A stretch of 64,000 bases of DNA from the human T2T-CHM13v2.0 reference genome, Homo sapiens. The position numbers and the translations under genes are program-made. The stretch lies in NCBI RefSeq assembly GCF_009914755.1, contig NC_060928.1; one strand, given 5' to 3'. This document shows, in pieces, positions 40,001 through 54,510 of the stretch (position 1 is the first letter of the stretch; each line of letters starts with the position of its first letter). The notes beneath the pieces were generated by a model that was given only the letters and a program-made list of their open reading frames with translations, was not told the origin of the DNA and ran no database searches.

Positions 40001-40579
40001 AATACATAGAACCTAAACAATTCTTAGAAATAAATAACCTGTTTTTAGTTTTATAATTCTTTAAATAAAACTTATCTTGATGCCCTCTGTGTAATACAAC
40101 TGAGGGAATTTATAGTTGAATAATTGCACCAGGGAAAATACAATGGAGAAGCTCAAAGTCAAGCTGATATTTTTCTTCTATTTTATGGGGTTCTGATTAG
40201 GAAGATCAAAAATTGAAAATTGCAGATAAAATAAAACATATTTGTTTTATTTCAAGCAAGTTGTTTGTGGGTTTGTTTTTATACACACAAACAACAGTTT
40301 TTAGAATGAACAGAGAGAGAGCTGACTTTCCTAGATGCCATCAAGTCCTTTCACAGGTTTCAAAGACTACAGAACATAATCATTACATCTAGTAAGTGAT
40401 CAGTAAAAAAACAGGATTAGTTATTATTATGTAGCTAGCTTTCCATTGATCCTTTCTCAGATAATTTTCCAATGCTGTTACTCAGTTGCCCCTTTGCAGT
40501 TCATTCATTCCACTCATACAGTATTCTTTTTGTCCCAAAACCAAGACAATGTCACAACTTTCACACAATCTTATATTCT

Positions 40580-41490
40580 ATAAAACTTTTTTCTTAATTT
40601 TTATGTAATGTTTGATATATCACAATATACATTAAACTCCTATACATTTTGACATATAATGATGATATGAATAACTGTGAAACTATGAGAAGTGAGACTA
40701 GAATTGTTGACACCAGAACTTAAACATTTCCCCTATCTTCCAAGTTTGAAGAAGTCATTAGCCAACTGCTAATCTAACTCATTAACTGAAATGTAAATTT
40801 CAATCAGTAGTAATTTTGAATTCTGTAAGTTCAGTTTGACTCTTTTACAAATGTAACGGTAATCGTTTATAACTTACTATCTATTTATATTTGTGATTCT
40901 ATCCTTTGTTAAGCATTGTTATATTTAGTATTATACACATTTTACAATTTATATGATAATCTTTTAGGATTAGAAGTCAAAATCTGTTTTTTTAAATTGA
41001 ACTTACTGTTTTGTGTGCATGTTCATTGATGCTAATCTGCATATTTTCACCAGGCCACCTTTGGGAGTTACTTTCCTCTAGACAGGAATTTTGGTTTGCT
41101 TCTATAAGCCGTCAAGGTTTGCCAAAGACTTGGAGCAACTTTATTCTCATTCCCAACACAGAAGCCCAAATCAGTTATGAACCCCAAACTTAACCCCTTA
41201 CTTAAGCAGTGTCCCAAGACCTGTTGTACCTATGGGTGGGCTATTACAAACCACTGCCTTCAGAGAAATCCTGACTACCCACAGTTTTATGTATGAACTC
41301 CAACACCAGGTACAGGTGTTTGGGAACAAAATAAGCAGAGATAAATAGGGATTCTTTGGGGTTTTGTTTTTAAGAACTCCTCCAATTTTTACAAATCTAG
41401 AACATTTTTTTTCTATTTAGAATCTAATTTTCTTGAAGCAGGAAGCTTCTTAGACCACCTAAACCACCATAATATCAGAAATGACAGTCT
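40580..41490 (-). mobile_element. Old L1ME/HAL1-like fragments
   Basis: Antisense old L1 words (ttctgtaagttcagtttgactcttttac, ttttggtttgcttct). Confidence 0.4.
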
Positions 41491-42299
41491 AACATGAGCC
41501 TAGTTTACTTGCCTGTGTCTTTTGAATGTGCATATCTTATTGAGAACTTGCTTCTGACATTCACATGCAGAGTTTTCAATTTACTATTTGATATTTCCAT
41601 ATGCTTTTATCTAAAACTAAAAATGTATTTTGAAAAGCACTTAAAACAATTATTTTAAAATAACATTTTTGTTTTATTTCACACTATAAACCCTGTCCTG
41701 TTCATCTTTATTAACTCTGGAAATAGATTACTGTATTTCATACCAATAACACAAACCTATTAATGAGGATTAATCAGTATAAGTCAGAATCAAATAGAAT
41801 ATTTGCTGCTGAGTTTCAAAATCATATAGACTTGAATTACATACCTTTATGGATCTGAAGGAGACTGGTTTTTACTAAAATGTCTTTTTCTGATAACAAA
41901 GAAAATAATCTATCTCTACAAGGCAATGACTTTCTAAACTTGCTCAGATCTTCCACTGGGTCTTAAACATTATTTTCATATTTCTATGTATTAAAAAGAA
42001 ATCACTATGGCATTGAGGAAACCATGATTTAAATGTTTTATAAATAGATGGATCAGAAAGTAAAAGGAGAATGTCACAAATTTGGAAATGAAATTACATT
42101 GGTCCAGATACAAGAAGCTGCATATGTAAATACATTACAATAAGTTTAGTTGCAACAACCTAAAATTTAATTTAGAATTGCTTATAAACTAAAAGGTGAC
42201 CTATTGACTCTTTTAATTACAGCAACTTAGCAGTGTCCTTTAGGATGTGTTTCTTTTTGTTTTGTCTTTGGGAATAAAAGCTTCAACCTAAGTTAAGAT

Positions 42300-42660
42300 C
42301 CTCCCGTGGTCATAGACTGACACCATGGCCAAATGCTTCCTCATTGACATCCAAAGAGGGGAAATGGGAAGGAAAGTTTCAGGTAATCTTCTTGAAGAAG
42401 AAAGATACTACTTTCATAAACATTTTATCACTTCAATTGCATCATTTGCCCATCTCTGAATTAATTATTATGGAAAGAGGATGGACTTTGCTGAATGGCT
42501 TAAGCCAACTAGGGCCCACTTTTCGGGCTCAAAGTAGGGTCATGAACTTCACGCAACAGGAGAAGGGTGCACCTTTCAATGGAATATCAGCAACATTTAA
42601 CAGAAGGAGAAATTATTTGGGAAGGTACAAGCAGGAGGTGTCTACCATACTAAAGAAAAG
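42300..42660 (-). mobile_element. Old MLT1 (K/L-like) LTR remnant
   Basis: tgctgaatggcttaagccaactagggcccac resembles a conserved MLT1K/L word. Confidence 0.4.
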
Positions 42661-42764
42661 CTGATTGGGTCTGAGGGGACTTTTTCCCCAAGTGTGTACC
42701 TCTATGAAAACCATAATCCTTACTTCACTTTAGTGTGCTTACTCCTCTCTTCACAAGTGGCCCT

Positions 42765-42970
42765 ATTGTTTAGTGGTTAAAAGCTGGCCAGAAGCTCTGC
42801 TGTGAGTTCAAAGCCTGGCTCCGTCATTTACTAGCTGCATAACCTTGGTCAAATTTAAGTATCTGTGCCTCAGTTTCTTCAACTTCTATTGAATATAGTA
42901 TCTACCTACTATAAATATTATGGGGGTTATATGAGTTAATCTATGTTGTAAAGCATGATATGTGGTAAAT
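42765..42970 (+). mobile_element. MIR SINE
   Basis: tagtggttaa...gagttcaaagcctggctccgtcatttactagctg...tctgtgcctcagtttcttc. Confidence 0.8.
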
Positions 42971-44591
42971 ATGTGTATGTGTGTATATATACATACACAT
43001 ATATACATATATAATTGATATTTAAATCATCTCTCAAACAAAAATCTTGCTTTTGTCTATCATCATCATTTTAAAGCTTTTTGCCTTTGATTAACACCCC
43101 ATCTCATCTAAATTATCTCACGTTGATGCAAGATGAATTCTTAAGGTACCATGTCCCTTCTTACAAACCTTCCATTTTCAGTATCGCTTAGGATTTTAAT
43201 TTTCTTGACCATCCTAGCATTCAAGACCTTTTTGAAAATTTCCCTTTCAAAACCTCTCTTCATATGCTCAAGTTAGACTAATTACTCTTCCTCAGGATCA
43301 CACATTTTCTTCATTTCATGTCATTTCCTATACTGTTTCCTGTTTCTCAAGTATCTTTCCCATTTTTTTCTTTCTTCTAAGTCTACCTTAAATAACACCT
43401 CCTTTGTGACGAACTTCCAGATCTCTAACAACCAGATGTACAATAGAAGTTATCTTAATAGACCTTCGATGACAGAACTTAAATAATTAACTAACACTCT
43501 CCATTCTCTCTCTAAAATGTTCCAACCACTGCATGCTTGTGTAGTATCCCCTGGCCCAAGTCCTGAGATATGCACAGGATGATTTGTGTGTACCAAGAGA
43601 TCATTGCCTTTGGTCTGTTAAATATATCAGTGGTACTTGTTATTATAATATTTTATTGAATTCCTTGCTAATTGATTACATTTACATACAAAAAACAAAG
43701 TGTTATATTAGAAAAAATTACATTGAAAGTTTTGATATATAAAAGTCAATAATTGAAAACACTACTTAGATATTTAAAATGAAACTTATTTATGTAACCA
43801 GGGAAATAAAAAAGAAAAATTCTAAATTTATGCTTCACTCGGATTGTTTCATCAGCGCTTTATAGCAACAGCAATAGAAAATTCTACTTAGTACCTTATG
43901 ACTACTACATATACAAGACCGACCTTGCAAAACATGAATAGGACACCTCTGCTCAGAGAAAAGTCCTGGATCCTTTATTAAAATCTAGGCAAATTATTTT
44001 TTCCCCTGTTTAAAGCTGAATTAAATATGTGCCATGAATATGCATTTTTAAAATAATTTCTTAATTTAAAAATATTAATGAATCAACTTTTTGTACCAAT
44101 CCCTCAGATGAATCACCAGCAATTGTTTTATTACATGTTATTTTATTATATTCTATTGTGAAATATTGAAGAATTGAGGATAATGAGAATAAAATATCTC
44201 CCCTTTAAATAAAATTAATTATATTGGAAAGATAATTAAATACATAATTACAGAATACAGAGGCAAATGCCAATAGTGATTTCTATAAATTACTATTGCT
44301 CTGTATCTTTCTCAAACTTTCTTCTTGAGCTGTGAATTTCTCGAAGACTGGTGTTGGCATTACTTCATATCTTGTCAAATAAAGATTGTTAAGTAGATGA
44401 ATTGAACTCATGTTGAGACAAGTTAACTGAGTTGCTAAAAGTCTATAGCATCTCGAGTTTTGCAAAAAGTGAAGATCTTGTTCTATGCATAAGTAGACAA
44501 GAATATATTATCTTACTCAGCATAGCACAGCTTCATGTAAAATAAAAACAGTTCTTTATGTTTCCAATATTGAATAATAATGACAGATGTT

Positions 44592-45380
<789 letters not shown>

Positions 45381-46462
45381 TATTATAATCTGAGTTCCAA
45401 AGAAAAGTTAAGAAACTTGTTAATGATCATTGACTTAAAACAAAATAAGTGGAGGGTATAGTTTTAAATCTGCATATTTGTTTCATTTGTAGAGAATATC
45501 TAATGTGTTAATATTGGATTCCTCTAAGTATGGTAATTTTTTGCAGATAATTTAACATTTTGCAAGTTATTTTATCATGTGAACTAGTGACACTGAAAAA
45601 AATGCACTTCTGAGTCATGATATGTAGTAAATAAATACCGACTTGCCATATGTTGCTTTATTCCGAGTAAACTATAAATATTGGTCAGGGATCAGAAGGA
45701 TCCATCTTCCTCTCTTAAAAGTGTGAAATAATGAATACGAACTGCCGGAACTAGATAAAAAAGACTAAGCTTTAAAACTTGTTTATTACTGCCAGTATTT
45801 TATTTCACTGTAAAAGATGAATTTTAGAGAAATGCTATCAGGAAAGTAAAATAGGAAAACATCTATTTTAAGCAGTGCCAAAAGAGGTAAAAAGAAAGTA
45901 TGTACTGACACCATACATAAAATTTTACTTTATAGATATTTATAGTGCTTATCATGCTCCTAGTTGTAAATAATTATGAAAGAAATGAATTGTCAACCAT
46001 AACTTTTGTAGAATATTGTAAAAGAGTTGGAAGTGAAGCAACATGTGGCTCCAACTGCAGGCATATGCATATTCTGCCATACTTGGCAAGTTTTTCTAAT
46101 ATCATGTAGCTGCTAAGCCCTAGCAAGTAGGAAAAATAATCTGCTTTTATTTTACCTTTTAAATATAGACACTGTGTGCTTGACTTAAGCTTCCGAATCT
46201 TTTTGATGCCAAGCATTTGAGTTAATCAAACATCTTGAATTTTATATCAAGTATTGGTATAAACAAAGTTCTAAATATACTTCACTCTGCATTAACAGAG
46301 CAGTTTACAAAGCAAGCATAATATTACATAGACTTTATAATCAATGCTAACTTCAGACACTTTGTTTGTGTATTAGGAAGTGGGGTTGGTTAATAATCAT
46401 ATATTTTCATTTGCAACAGATCAAACATGAGGGCTGTACAGAGTAGGCCCTGGTTGACCACC

Positions 46463-46815
46463 TGTGTAAGTCTGCTTAGGTGCTATAACAAAATACCATA
46501 GAGGTGGGCGGCTTAAACAACAGAATTTTTTTTTTCTCTCCCTCTCACAGTTCTGGAGACTGAGAGTCTGAGATCAGGGTGCTGATGTGGTGGTTGTTGG
46601 TGAGGACTCTCCTGCTGGCTTGTAGGTAGCCACCTTCTCTTTGTCTCCACATGGCCTTCCAATAAAGCCACCAATCCTATCACATTAGGACTCTACCCAC
46701 ACAACCTTATTTAACCTGAAATACGTCCTGAGGGCTGTATCTTCAAATACTGTCACATTGGGGTTTAGAACTTCAACATATGACTTCAGGGGGTGGCACA
46801 ATTACATCCATAGCA
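46463..46815 (-). mobile_element. MLT1A-like MaLR solo LTR
   Basis: gctataacaaaataccataga...ggcttaaacaacaga...ctcacagttctggag...cttcaacatatga...ccatagca. Confidence 0.85.
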
Positions 46816-48339
46816 TCTCCCTTTTCTTAAGTAAGTTCCTTCTTTTCAGTCTCCTCCAAACAAAACCCACAGTGGACTGGCATGAGATTATTAAATGTTT
46901 TCCTACTAAAGGAGCTGCTTGATCTCAAAAGGCAACACTTTGTAAGATAAATAAAAGAGTTTCTCACTTCCAGACCTAGGGAAAGATCCCCATTTAGGCT
47001 CCCTCTTTTTCTTTTTCCAATGCCTCTTCCTTTCTGTTACCTCCTCTTTCAAGTAATTTAGTCCACAGCTCTACCTTGAAAGTATCCACACTCCCATAGA
47101 AGAAATGTCTCTTAGCAGATCTGGACAGATCACTTCCTGTGGCTTGTCGATGCAAACATCTCAGGCTTTAGCCTTGTGCTGAGGAAGGCTCTTTGCTCAG
47201 AATAATGCTGATTCTAACAAGAACTGATACTGGCCTTAAGTCTTCTGAAAGGAGGTTATGGTTAATGCTCAGATTCCAGTTCAGTTCCCTGATCAGCTTA
47301 GAACTGTGGCCTTGCTAGTTACCTAAAAAGGAAGCCCTTCTCACCTGGGCAAGTCTCAGATGAGAAAGCAGATTATTCCTGTTACTGTGATTTTGACCTG
47401 TGCTTTAAGAACAATTTATTTCTAGAAGCATTTGACTCTTTCTTAGCCTTAATAGCAGGAAATAGTGCCAGCTCCAATTACTTCTTCCTCATTTCAATTA
47501 ACTCCCCTGAGAGAAGAGGGCTTGGAGTCAGGTTTTATCTTATTCTATTTGTAATGACTTTTGTTCTGCCTATTCCCTTCTGAACTGTGCTCTCTAATTT
47601 CTATTTTCTGCATTTTCTTTCACAATTCTGTGATAGAGAAGATATACATTCTGCATCTCTTGCCAAAAGAGAAACTTTCTTTTTGATGTGTGAGAAAACA
47701 ATATATTTCTTGTATGCCAATGTGACATTACTGTGTACCAGGATTTAGCATTACTCTAGATGAGGAAACTTAGGGGACATCCTATTTAATTATTCCTTGT
47801 TGATGTTATATAAGCTATACCATCATCTTATTTGAAAGCATTATAAATCTTTGCTTGAATTGCTTTAATACCTTCCTGACTTCTCTTCCTTCAACCAATT
47901 TAACTGTTGCTGCTAAAGTTAACTTTTTAAAAAGATAGCTTTATTGTGTTACATGCCTACTCACAATCAATCAGTGAATTCAGTTGTCTTTAAGACAAAA
48001 TCCTTCCTTTTAAGCTTAGGATTCTATATTTTCCATTAGCTGGCCTCTCAATTTTGTAGCTTGATTTTTATTTGTAATAAGAGATCAAACCTCCACACTT
48101 GCTAAGCTAGTCTATTCAGTCTTTCTAAATAGACATTTTCTGATGAACCACCTGAACATCTTCCTCTCTCCCTCTTCTTTGCTTGGTCTTGCTCCTATTT
48201 GTCTTCTCTTAATTAATTATACCTCTTATTTCATTACATAGAAGCCTATTTGCTCTATGCAAGTTTCCCCTATTCTTTTTTTTCCTCATCCCACATCCTA
48301 ACTCCCAGTACTCTTTCTTTTTGCTATTCTAGATATGTT

Positions 48340-49430
48340 ATCCATTCTAAGTTATTTATTCACCCTTACTTTCCAGGTCTCATAACAGCCTTTTGAACTT
48401 ACCACTTTTTCTTGATAGAATATGCCTTTAAAGACCCTTATCAAAGGAGTTCTGTTTATAATAAGGAGTTCTGTTTACAATCAACCCTGAGACATTTAGC
48501 CTCTTCCTGATAATATATTCCCCTAGTCTCCAGATTGATACGATAATTTAGCTGGTTACACAATTGTGTTTAAAGTTCTTTTCCTTCAAAAAATGGAAAA
48601 TATTACTTCACTGTTTTCTTTCTTCTAGTAATGATGTTTAGCATATGCTATTCTTATTCCTTTGTAGGTGATCTCTAACAGGTTTTATAATCTTCTCTGT
48701 GTTTAATGCTTTGAATTTCACTATAATGTGTAATTTACAATACAGTTGACCCTTGAATAACATAGATCTGAACTGCATGGATCCACTTATATGTGGCTTT
48801 TCTTCTGCCTCTGCTACCCCTGAGACTGCAAAACCAATCCCTCCTCTCTCTCCACCTCCTTATAATTTTTAAATAACATTTTCTTTTCTCTAGCTTACTT
48901 TATTGTAAGAATACAGTATATAATACAGAAAACATAGTCAATTAACACAACACATATTTTGTATGTTATCTATCAGTAGGGATTTCAGTCAATAGTAGGC
49001 CATTAGTAGTTATGTTTCTGGGGAGTCAAAAGTTATCCATGAATTTTCAACTGCATGGGGTGGCTTAGCACCCCAATCCCCCAGTTGTTCAAAAGTAACT
49101 GTATTAATCTTGGGGTTGCTTCAGATCTTTCAGTCTGAAATATTAGCTCTTTCTCTAATTCTGGGAAGTTACTAGCTTTCATTTTATCTGATTTTCTTTA
49201 CATTAACATACAGATTTTACTCACCTTCAGGGGCACATATAATGCATATCTTGATACATTTACTTTTATATCCCATATCTATTCTATTTTTATCCAGTGA
49301 AATCTTTTTCATATTTTTTGTCAGTTATATCACTTTGCAATTCAACTCATCTACTGAGTGTTTACCTATTGTAACCTGAAGACTTTATAATTTCTTATTT
49401 TCACTTCATGTTTCAATTATCCTCTTTCAA
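48340..49430 (-). mobile_element. Old L1ME/HAL1-like remnant hosting Tigger3
   Basis: tgataatttagctgg...ttgaatttcactataatgtg...aattctgggaagtt, antisense old L1. Confidence 0.5.
48743..49101. mobile_element. Tigger3-family MITE (Tigger3a-like)
   Basis: TA+CAGTTGACCCTTGAATAAC ... GTTGTTCAAAAGTAACTG+TA: terminal inverted repeats with TA TSD. Confidence 0.85.
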
Positions 49431-49437
49431 TTATTGA

Positions 49438-49711
<274 letters not shown>

Positions 49712-50040
49712 AATTATTGAAGATGTTAATAGTCCTATATTATATTTTTTTACTTCTGCCTGGTTCATTAATTCTGCTTGTTTTGAATTAGGTATGAAGT
49801 TGTGGTTGTGCCATTACGTAGTCCACCCTCCTAACAGAGTTGCTGTTTTCCCTGTGAACTCATATTCCCCTGGAGGTGTTAGTAACCTCAATGGGGATAT
49901 GTATTCCAGAGAGTCAATAAAGCCTCCATTCTAGCTTATGCTGCCTCTGATAAATTTAAGATGCCTATTTGTGAAAGGAGAATATCGGCCTCAGTGTAGA
50001 GAACTTGAGTGTTTTAACGTATACTTCTGTTCAGATACAA

Positions 50041-50527
50041 TTTTTTACTTTTTATTTTTTATTCTTGAGATGAGGTTTCACTCTGTTGCCCAGGCTGGTG
50101 TGCAGGGGCACAATCACAGCTCACTGGAGCCTCAACCTCCCAGGCTCAAGTGATCCTCCTGCCTCAGCCTCCTGAGTAGCTGGGACTACAGGCAGGCTGA
50201 AGGGCTCCTCAAGTGCCGCCAAAGTGGGAGCCCAGGCAAAGGAGGTGCCTAGAGTGAGCGAGAGCTGTGAGGACTGCCAACATGCTGTCACCAATCAACT
50301 GCAGCCTCAACCTCCCAGGCTCAAGTGATCCTCCTGCCTCAGCCTCCTGAGTAGCTGGGACTATAGGCATGAGCCTCCATACCCTGCTAATTTTCAAAAC
50401 TTTTTTGCAGAGACAGGGTCGAGACCAGTGTTGCCTACACTGGTCTCGACCATCTAGGCTCAAGTGGTCCTTTCACTTTAGCCTCCCAAAGTGTTGGGAT
50501 TACAGATGTGAGCCACGGCAGCTGGCC
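50041..50527 (-). mobile_element. AluJ SINE with internal 72-bp duplication and LTR12 insert
   Basis: AluJ words (caggctcaagtgatcctcctgcc), T-rich tail, ends gctggcc. Confidence 0.92.
50195..50297 (-). mobile_element. LTR12C (ERV9/HERV9 LTR) 5'-terminal 103-bp fragment
   Basis: Reverse complement TGATTGGTGACAGCATGTTGGCAGTCCTCACAGCTCTCGCTCACTCTAGGCACCTCC...GGCGGCACTTGAGGAGCCCTTCAGCC matches the recalled LTR12C start. Confidence 0.9.
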
Positions 50528-51319
50528 TAACTTTATTTTTGAGTTTTTTTTCTTGAATTGTAATTACAATGTGATATGGAAGGGTTCAGTGAAGGAAAAT
50601 ATTCACAGGGTTAGCCAGTCTGCTTGCACCTGTTTTATTTTTGCCCCAGCCACTGTAATGTTTCCTCACTGACTTACACTGCTTGCCGAGTTCTCCCTTG
50701 CAAGGCCTTTGGGACAGTAAGGGTTCATCTAGAGCAATGTGGGCAAGAAAAAGGTATAGTTAAAATAACCATATTCCACCCAAGAGTGTATGGATGGGCT
50801 CAGAAACTTTGGCTTTGCCCACCGTTTTCTGTTGCTGCAGAGATATTTCATATGTCTATATTAGTTTTATAGATCCATCCAATTCTAGATTTTGTGACAT
50901 TGCTACCCCATGTTAGTGTACCATTTTAGCAAAATTCTACTAATCATCACTCAAGGCCTAGCTCAGAAGCACCCATCACTAAAAACCATAGTCCAACCAC
51001 TTCTACCTATAGTCATCTCTCATCTACAATTTAAACAGTAATACCAGGTATTTAGCTAATCAGGCTATAAAATACTATGACTTTAAAAAAGCATATATAT
51101 CTCAGCTAAATTTGTAATTAATAGTCTAAGCAATAGCCATTGAAAAAGTGAGTAAAATGTTTATTTTAGCCAGGATATGCTGTATGTTACACTAATATGT
51201 AAGAAAGGGGGCCTAGAGTATATATTTGGCCTTAGTGATATGAAGAACCTCAAGAATAAGGAGACTCTGAAGATCAATTTGCTCATCAGTCCTAGAGAGA
51301 AAGCTACTTCCCCTGAAAT

Positions 51320-51500
51320 ATTTATTATGCCCCTAATCTGCTCCAGGTATTGTGATAGAGATTACCTTAACCTTTGAAATAGCTTGACTAGTTCCAATTA
51401 ACAGATGATTAAACTGATAGTTGAAGAGTTCAGGAAATTTGTCCAAGCTCACAAAGTTAATAAATAGTGGAGGGATTTAAATCTATACATCTCATCTCCT
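51320..51500 (-). mobile_element. MIR SINE
   Basis: acagatgattaaactga...aatttgtccaagctcaca...taaatagtggagggattt. Confidence 0.6.
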
Positions 51501-54379
51501 TTGCCAAGTCATGTGAACGTCTACTAGCAAATCGTTCCCTATAACTGGTGTGGATTAATGAGAACCCAAACTTGGGGAATTGATTGTTTCAGCCACTTAA
51601 TACAAAATGATCTTCCTCTAGTTACAGACTGTTTCAAGTCTGTAATAACTGTAGGGATAAGTGCCCAGTCAGGACAACTGTGAGAACTTAGTTTCCTTAC
51701 AGGCTCAGTTTTAGCTTCTAAGAAAGAATCAGTTCTGCTGATCTGCCTAAGTCATGTGCTTCTATTTGAAGAAATTGAATGTAGCTGAAGAGTAAAGCAG
51801 GATGCATGAGAGAGATGGTTAGAAACATTCCTTTGCCTCCCTTTCAGAGCATACACCCCTCTGTCAAGATCAGGTCTCTGCAGTTAGGCGACAAGACAAG
51901 GAGAAAACACAGCCACATTCTCATTATAATTTCAGGTAACACAGATGATATGAGGGGTTTAACGAATTGAAGTTGGGACAAATCATAGGCACATGCATTT
52001 TGAGACTAGTGGAAAAGTTATATTATTTCCATTTCTAATTTTGAATCTTTACTATCCAAATTTATTCTATCATAAAATGCAATGCTGTACTTGAATCCAA
52101 TGTTCTATTGCCACCAACCTGAGTGTCTTTAATGTAACTTGTGAATTTAATTATCTGTACTAAAGGCACATTTGAAATAATTGTTTTAAAATTATTGTAA
52201 GTTGGGAACTATTTATCATTTTAATTGTGATTTTGTTTTACTACTTTTAGAAATCCTCAACAAATAGACCTATATAATCAAGAGTTGCCAATATTTTCTC
52301 TGCAATATTAGTATAGCAATTTGTTGTTGCCAGATAAATTGTTGAACATAAAATATAAACTCAGAAATTTTGATAATTTAAAAAATAACTTTTTTGTTAT
52401 CAGCTGCAAAGCAGAATAATGTGCAGATGTAAGGGGTAATTAACAGAATATGAGTGTTTCTCTGTAAGGAATATACTTGCTATATCTCTTCATCTATAAT
52501 GCTGGGTATTACAATTAAAGAAGAAATATGTTAAAGAGACTTGATGCCACTCAGGTTCACAGGGTTCTCATCCTCAATTTTCTAGGTCAAAATAGTAAAA
52601 TCTGTCAGCATAATCAGAGTTTACCTGGGTCTCAAGTCCTAAATAATTCTAAGAAAATTCAATAACCTATGCATGTATCAAAACACCAATACATTTTTTA
52701 CCCCAATGCCGTGTCAAAACTTAATATTTATGTACAATATCCATACCATTTGCTTCCTGGTATCAGAGTACCTGGAAGGTGAACTATAACCAAAAGTTAG
52801 CTTGAGTATTACCAGTGAGAAAAAAAGAGAGCTAAACTGCTTTGCACACACACAAAAAAATAGAAAAGTAATGGATATAAGTGTGAGCAAGCTAGACAGT
52901 TTAAGAAACTTCAAGTTATTAGTACAACAAATGATACCAATTGTATAATTATGCTATATTCTTGATTAAACAGAATTTTCTAGACTATTATAAATAACCA
53001 TTTTACTTTTTGTCTTTATGTGAAGTAATGTGTTCTCATCTACATAAGTGATAAATACAACTAGTCTGTACATTGTGGACTTTGCATTATGAGAGCTTCA
53101 GTTTTCCTTTGTCTACTTTAATCAAATGCTTTGTTTCATTTATTTTAATATGAAATTACATTACCTAAATCTGAAATTAAAATAAAGAAGAGTTTGTTCC
53201 ACTGATTCTCAGAAAAGGATAATCCTCTTTAATTAAAAGGGCACATTACATGATCAGATTCTCTTCACTTCCCTTATCCTTGTCATCTTTTTGTATTGCC
53301 ATAAAATTTCTCCCGTCTTTTCAAGCTTGAACTGAATTAATCACGAATAGTTTTTAAAACTCCTTCATTATTTAAATTTGATTTTTGTCCTTTAGTTTTA
53401 GAGTTACATCTAACTTAAAACCAAGTATCTGTGTTATCCAGGCCCAAAACAGCCTTATTATAAATACCCTATTTTATTTCCAGACTGGCAAGAAGCCGCA
53501 GGAAACATGTTATTTGCTCCAATGCTTAGCTGCATTAAGCAGTAAAAGGCATTTGATTCAGCAAAGGCAGCTGGTGATATGAATGCAATGTAAACCACTA
53601 TCATGCCTATAAAAAAAGACAGATTAAGTTCATAACTGTGGCCATAACTTTGGTCTAATAAAATAAAACAAAATAAGGCCCATTATGGTGTATTTATGGC
53701 CATCTGTTACTAAATCCTCCTTTTGGATGATTCTGGAACAGCTTCATAGCCTTCACACTGAGCCGGCTGTCTATGAAATGCAAAACTCAGAGGAATTAGA
53801 AAGACATTAAATGAACTCACATAACAAATGCAAATCCTCTGTGTTCAGACATGCTATATTGTCAATTTACAATACCTGAATTTTCACTGAATGGTTTCCA
53901 TCCTAGGGAGAAGCCACTAAGAGTTTGTGGAAGACCGCTTGCTGTGTTCTACATTTATATAGGGCCTGTGACCTATGCATAATTTAAATGTAGCTATCTT
54001 CATCACTTGCCTTTGAAGAATCCATTCCTCTAGTTTATGAAGATAAAATTAAAATACAGGCAATATGTAATGGATTATAATATTGAGATAGAACAGACCA
54101 AAATAATGTATGTTTATGGTCCCAAGAATAATGGCTCAGCAACAGGGCAAGAGTAGACTCAGTTACAGCCCACTCTCGGGAGAGCCAGCAGACGTTGCTT
54201 GGAGAGAGATGAGACTGCTAAATTTTGTCCAATCATTTGCAGAGCGAGTAGTGGGAATGGAGTCAGGCAAAAAAAATTAATTTATTCACAAAATGAATCT
54301 GTGTACTATTCCCCCTGCTCTGAACCCCTTGCAATGAACGTTGTCCATTCCTCAAACACTGTATGATGGACAAGTAAAG

Positions 54380-54510
54380 TGAACAGTAATTTAACATCCA
54401 AAACAGGACAGTATCAAGCACTAAAAGGGGGGCACTATTAACAATTACGATAGTACAACAAGATAGTATGAAAATTGTAGATTCTATATGTATAAGATGG
54501 ATGACATTCC
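54380..54510. mobile_element. MER81-like hAT fossil
   Basis: taatttaacatccaaaacaggaca...aaaggggggcactattaacaattac. Confidence 0.55.

Noticed and set aside
42344-42664. 106-aa ORF
   Set aside because: Non-ATG start, overlaps an MLT1-like remnant, no recognisable homology.
42968-43012. Apparent palindrome atatgtgtatgt...acatacacatat
   Set aside because: Low-complexity TA/TG/CA repeat that is self-complementary by composition.
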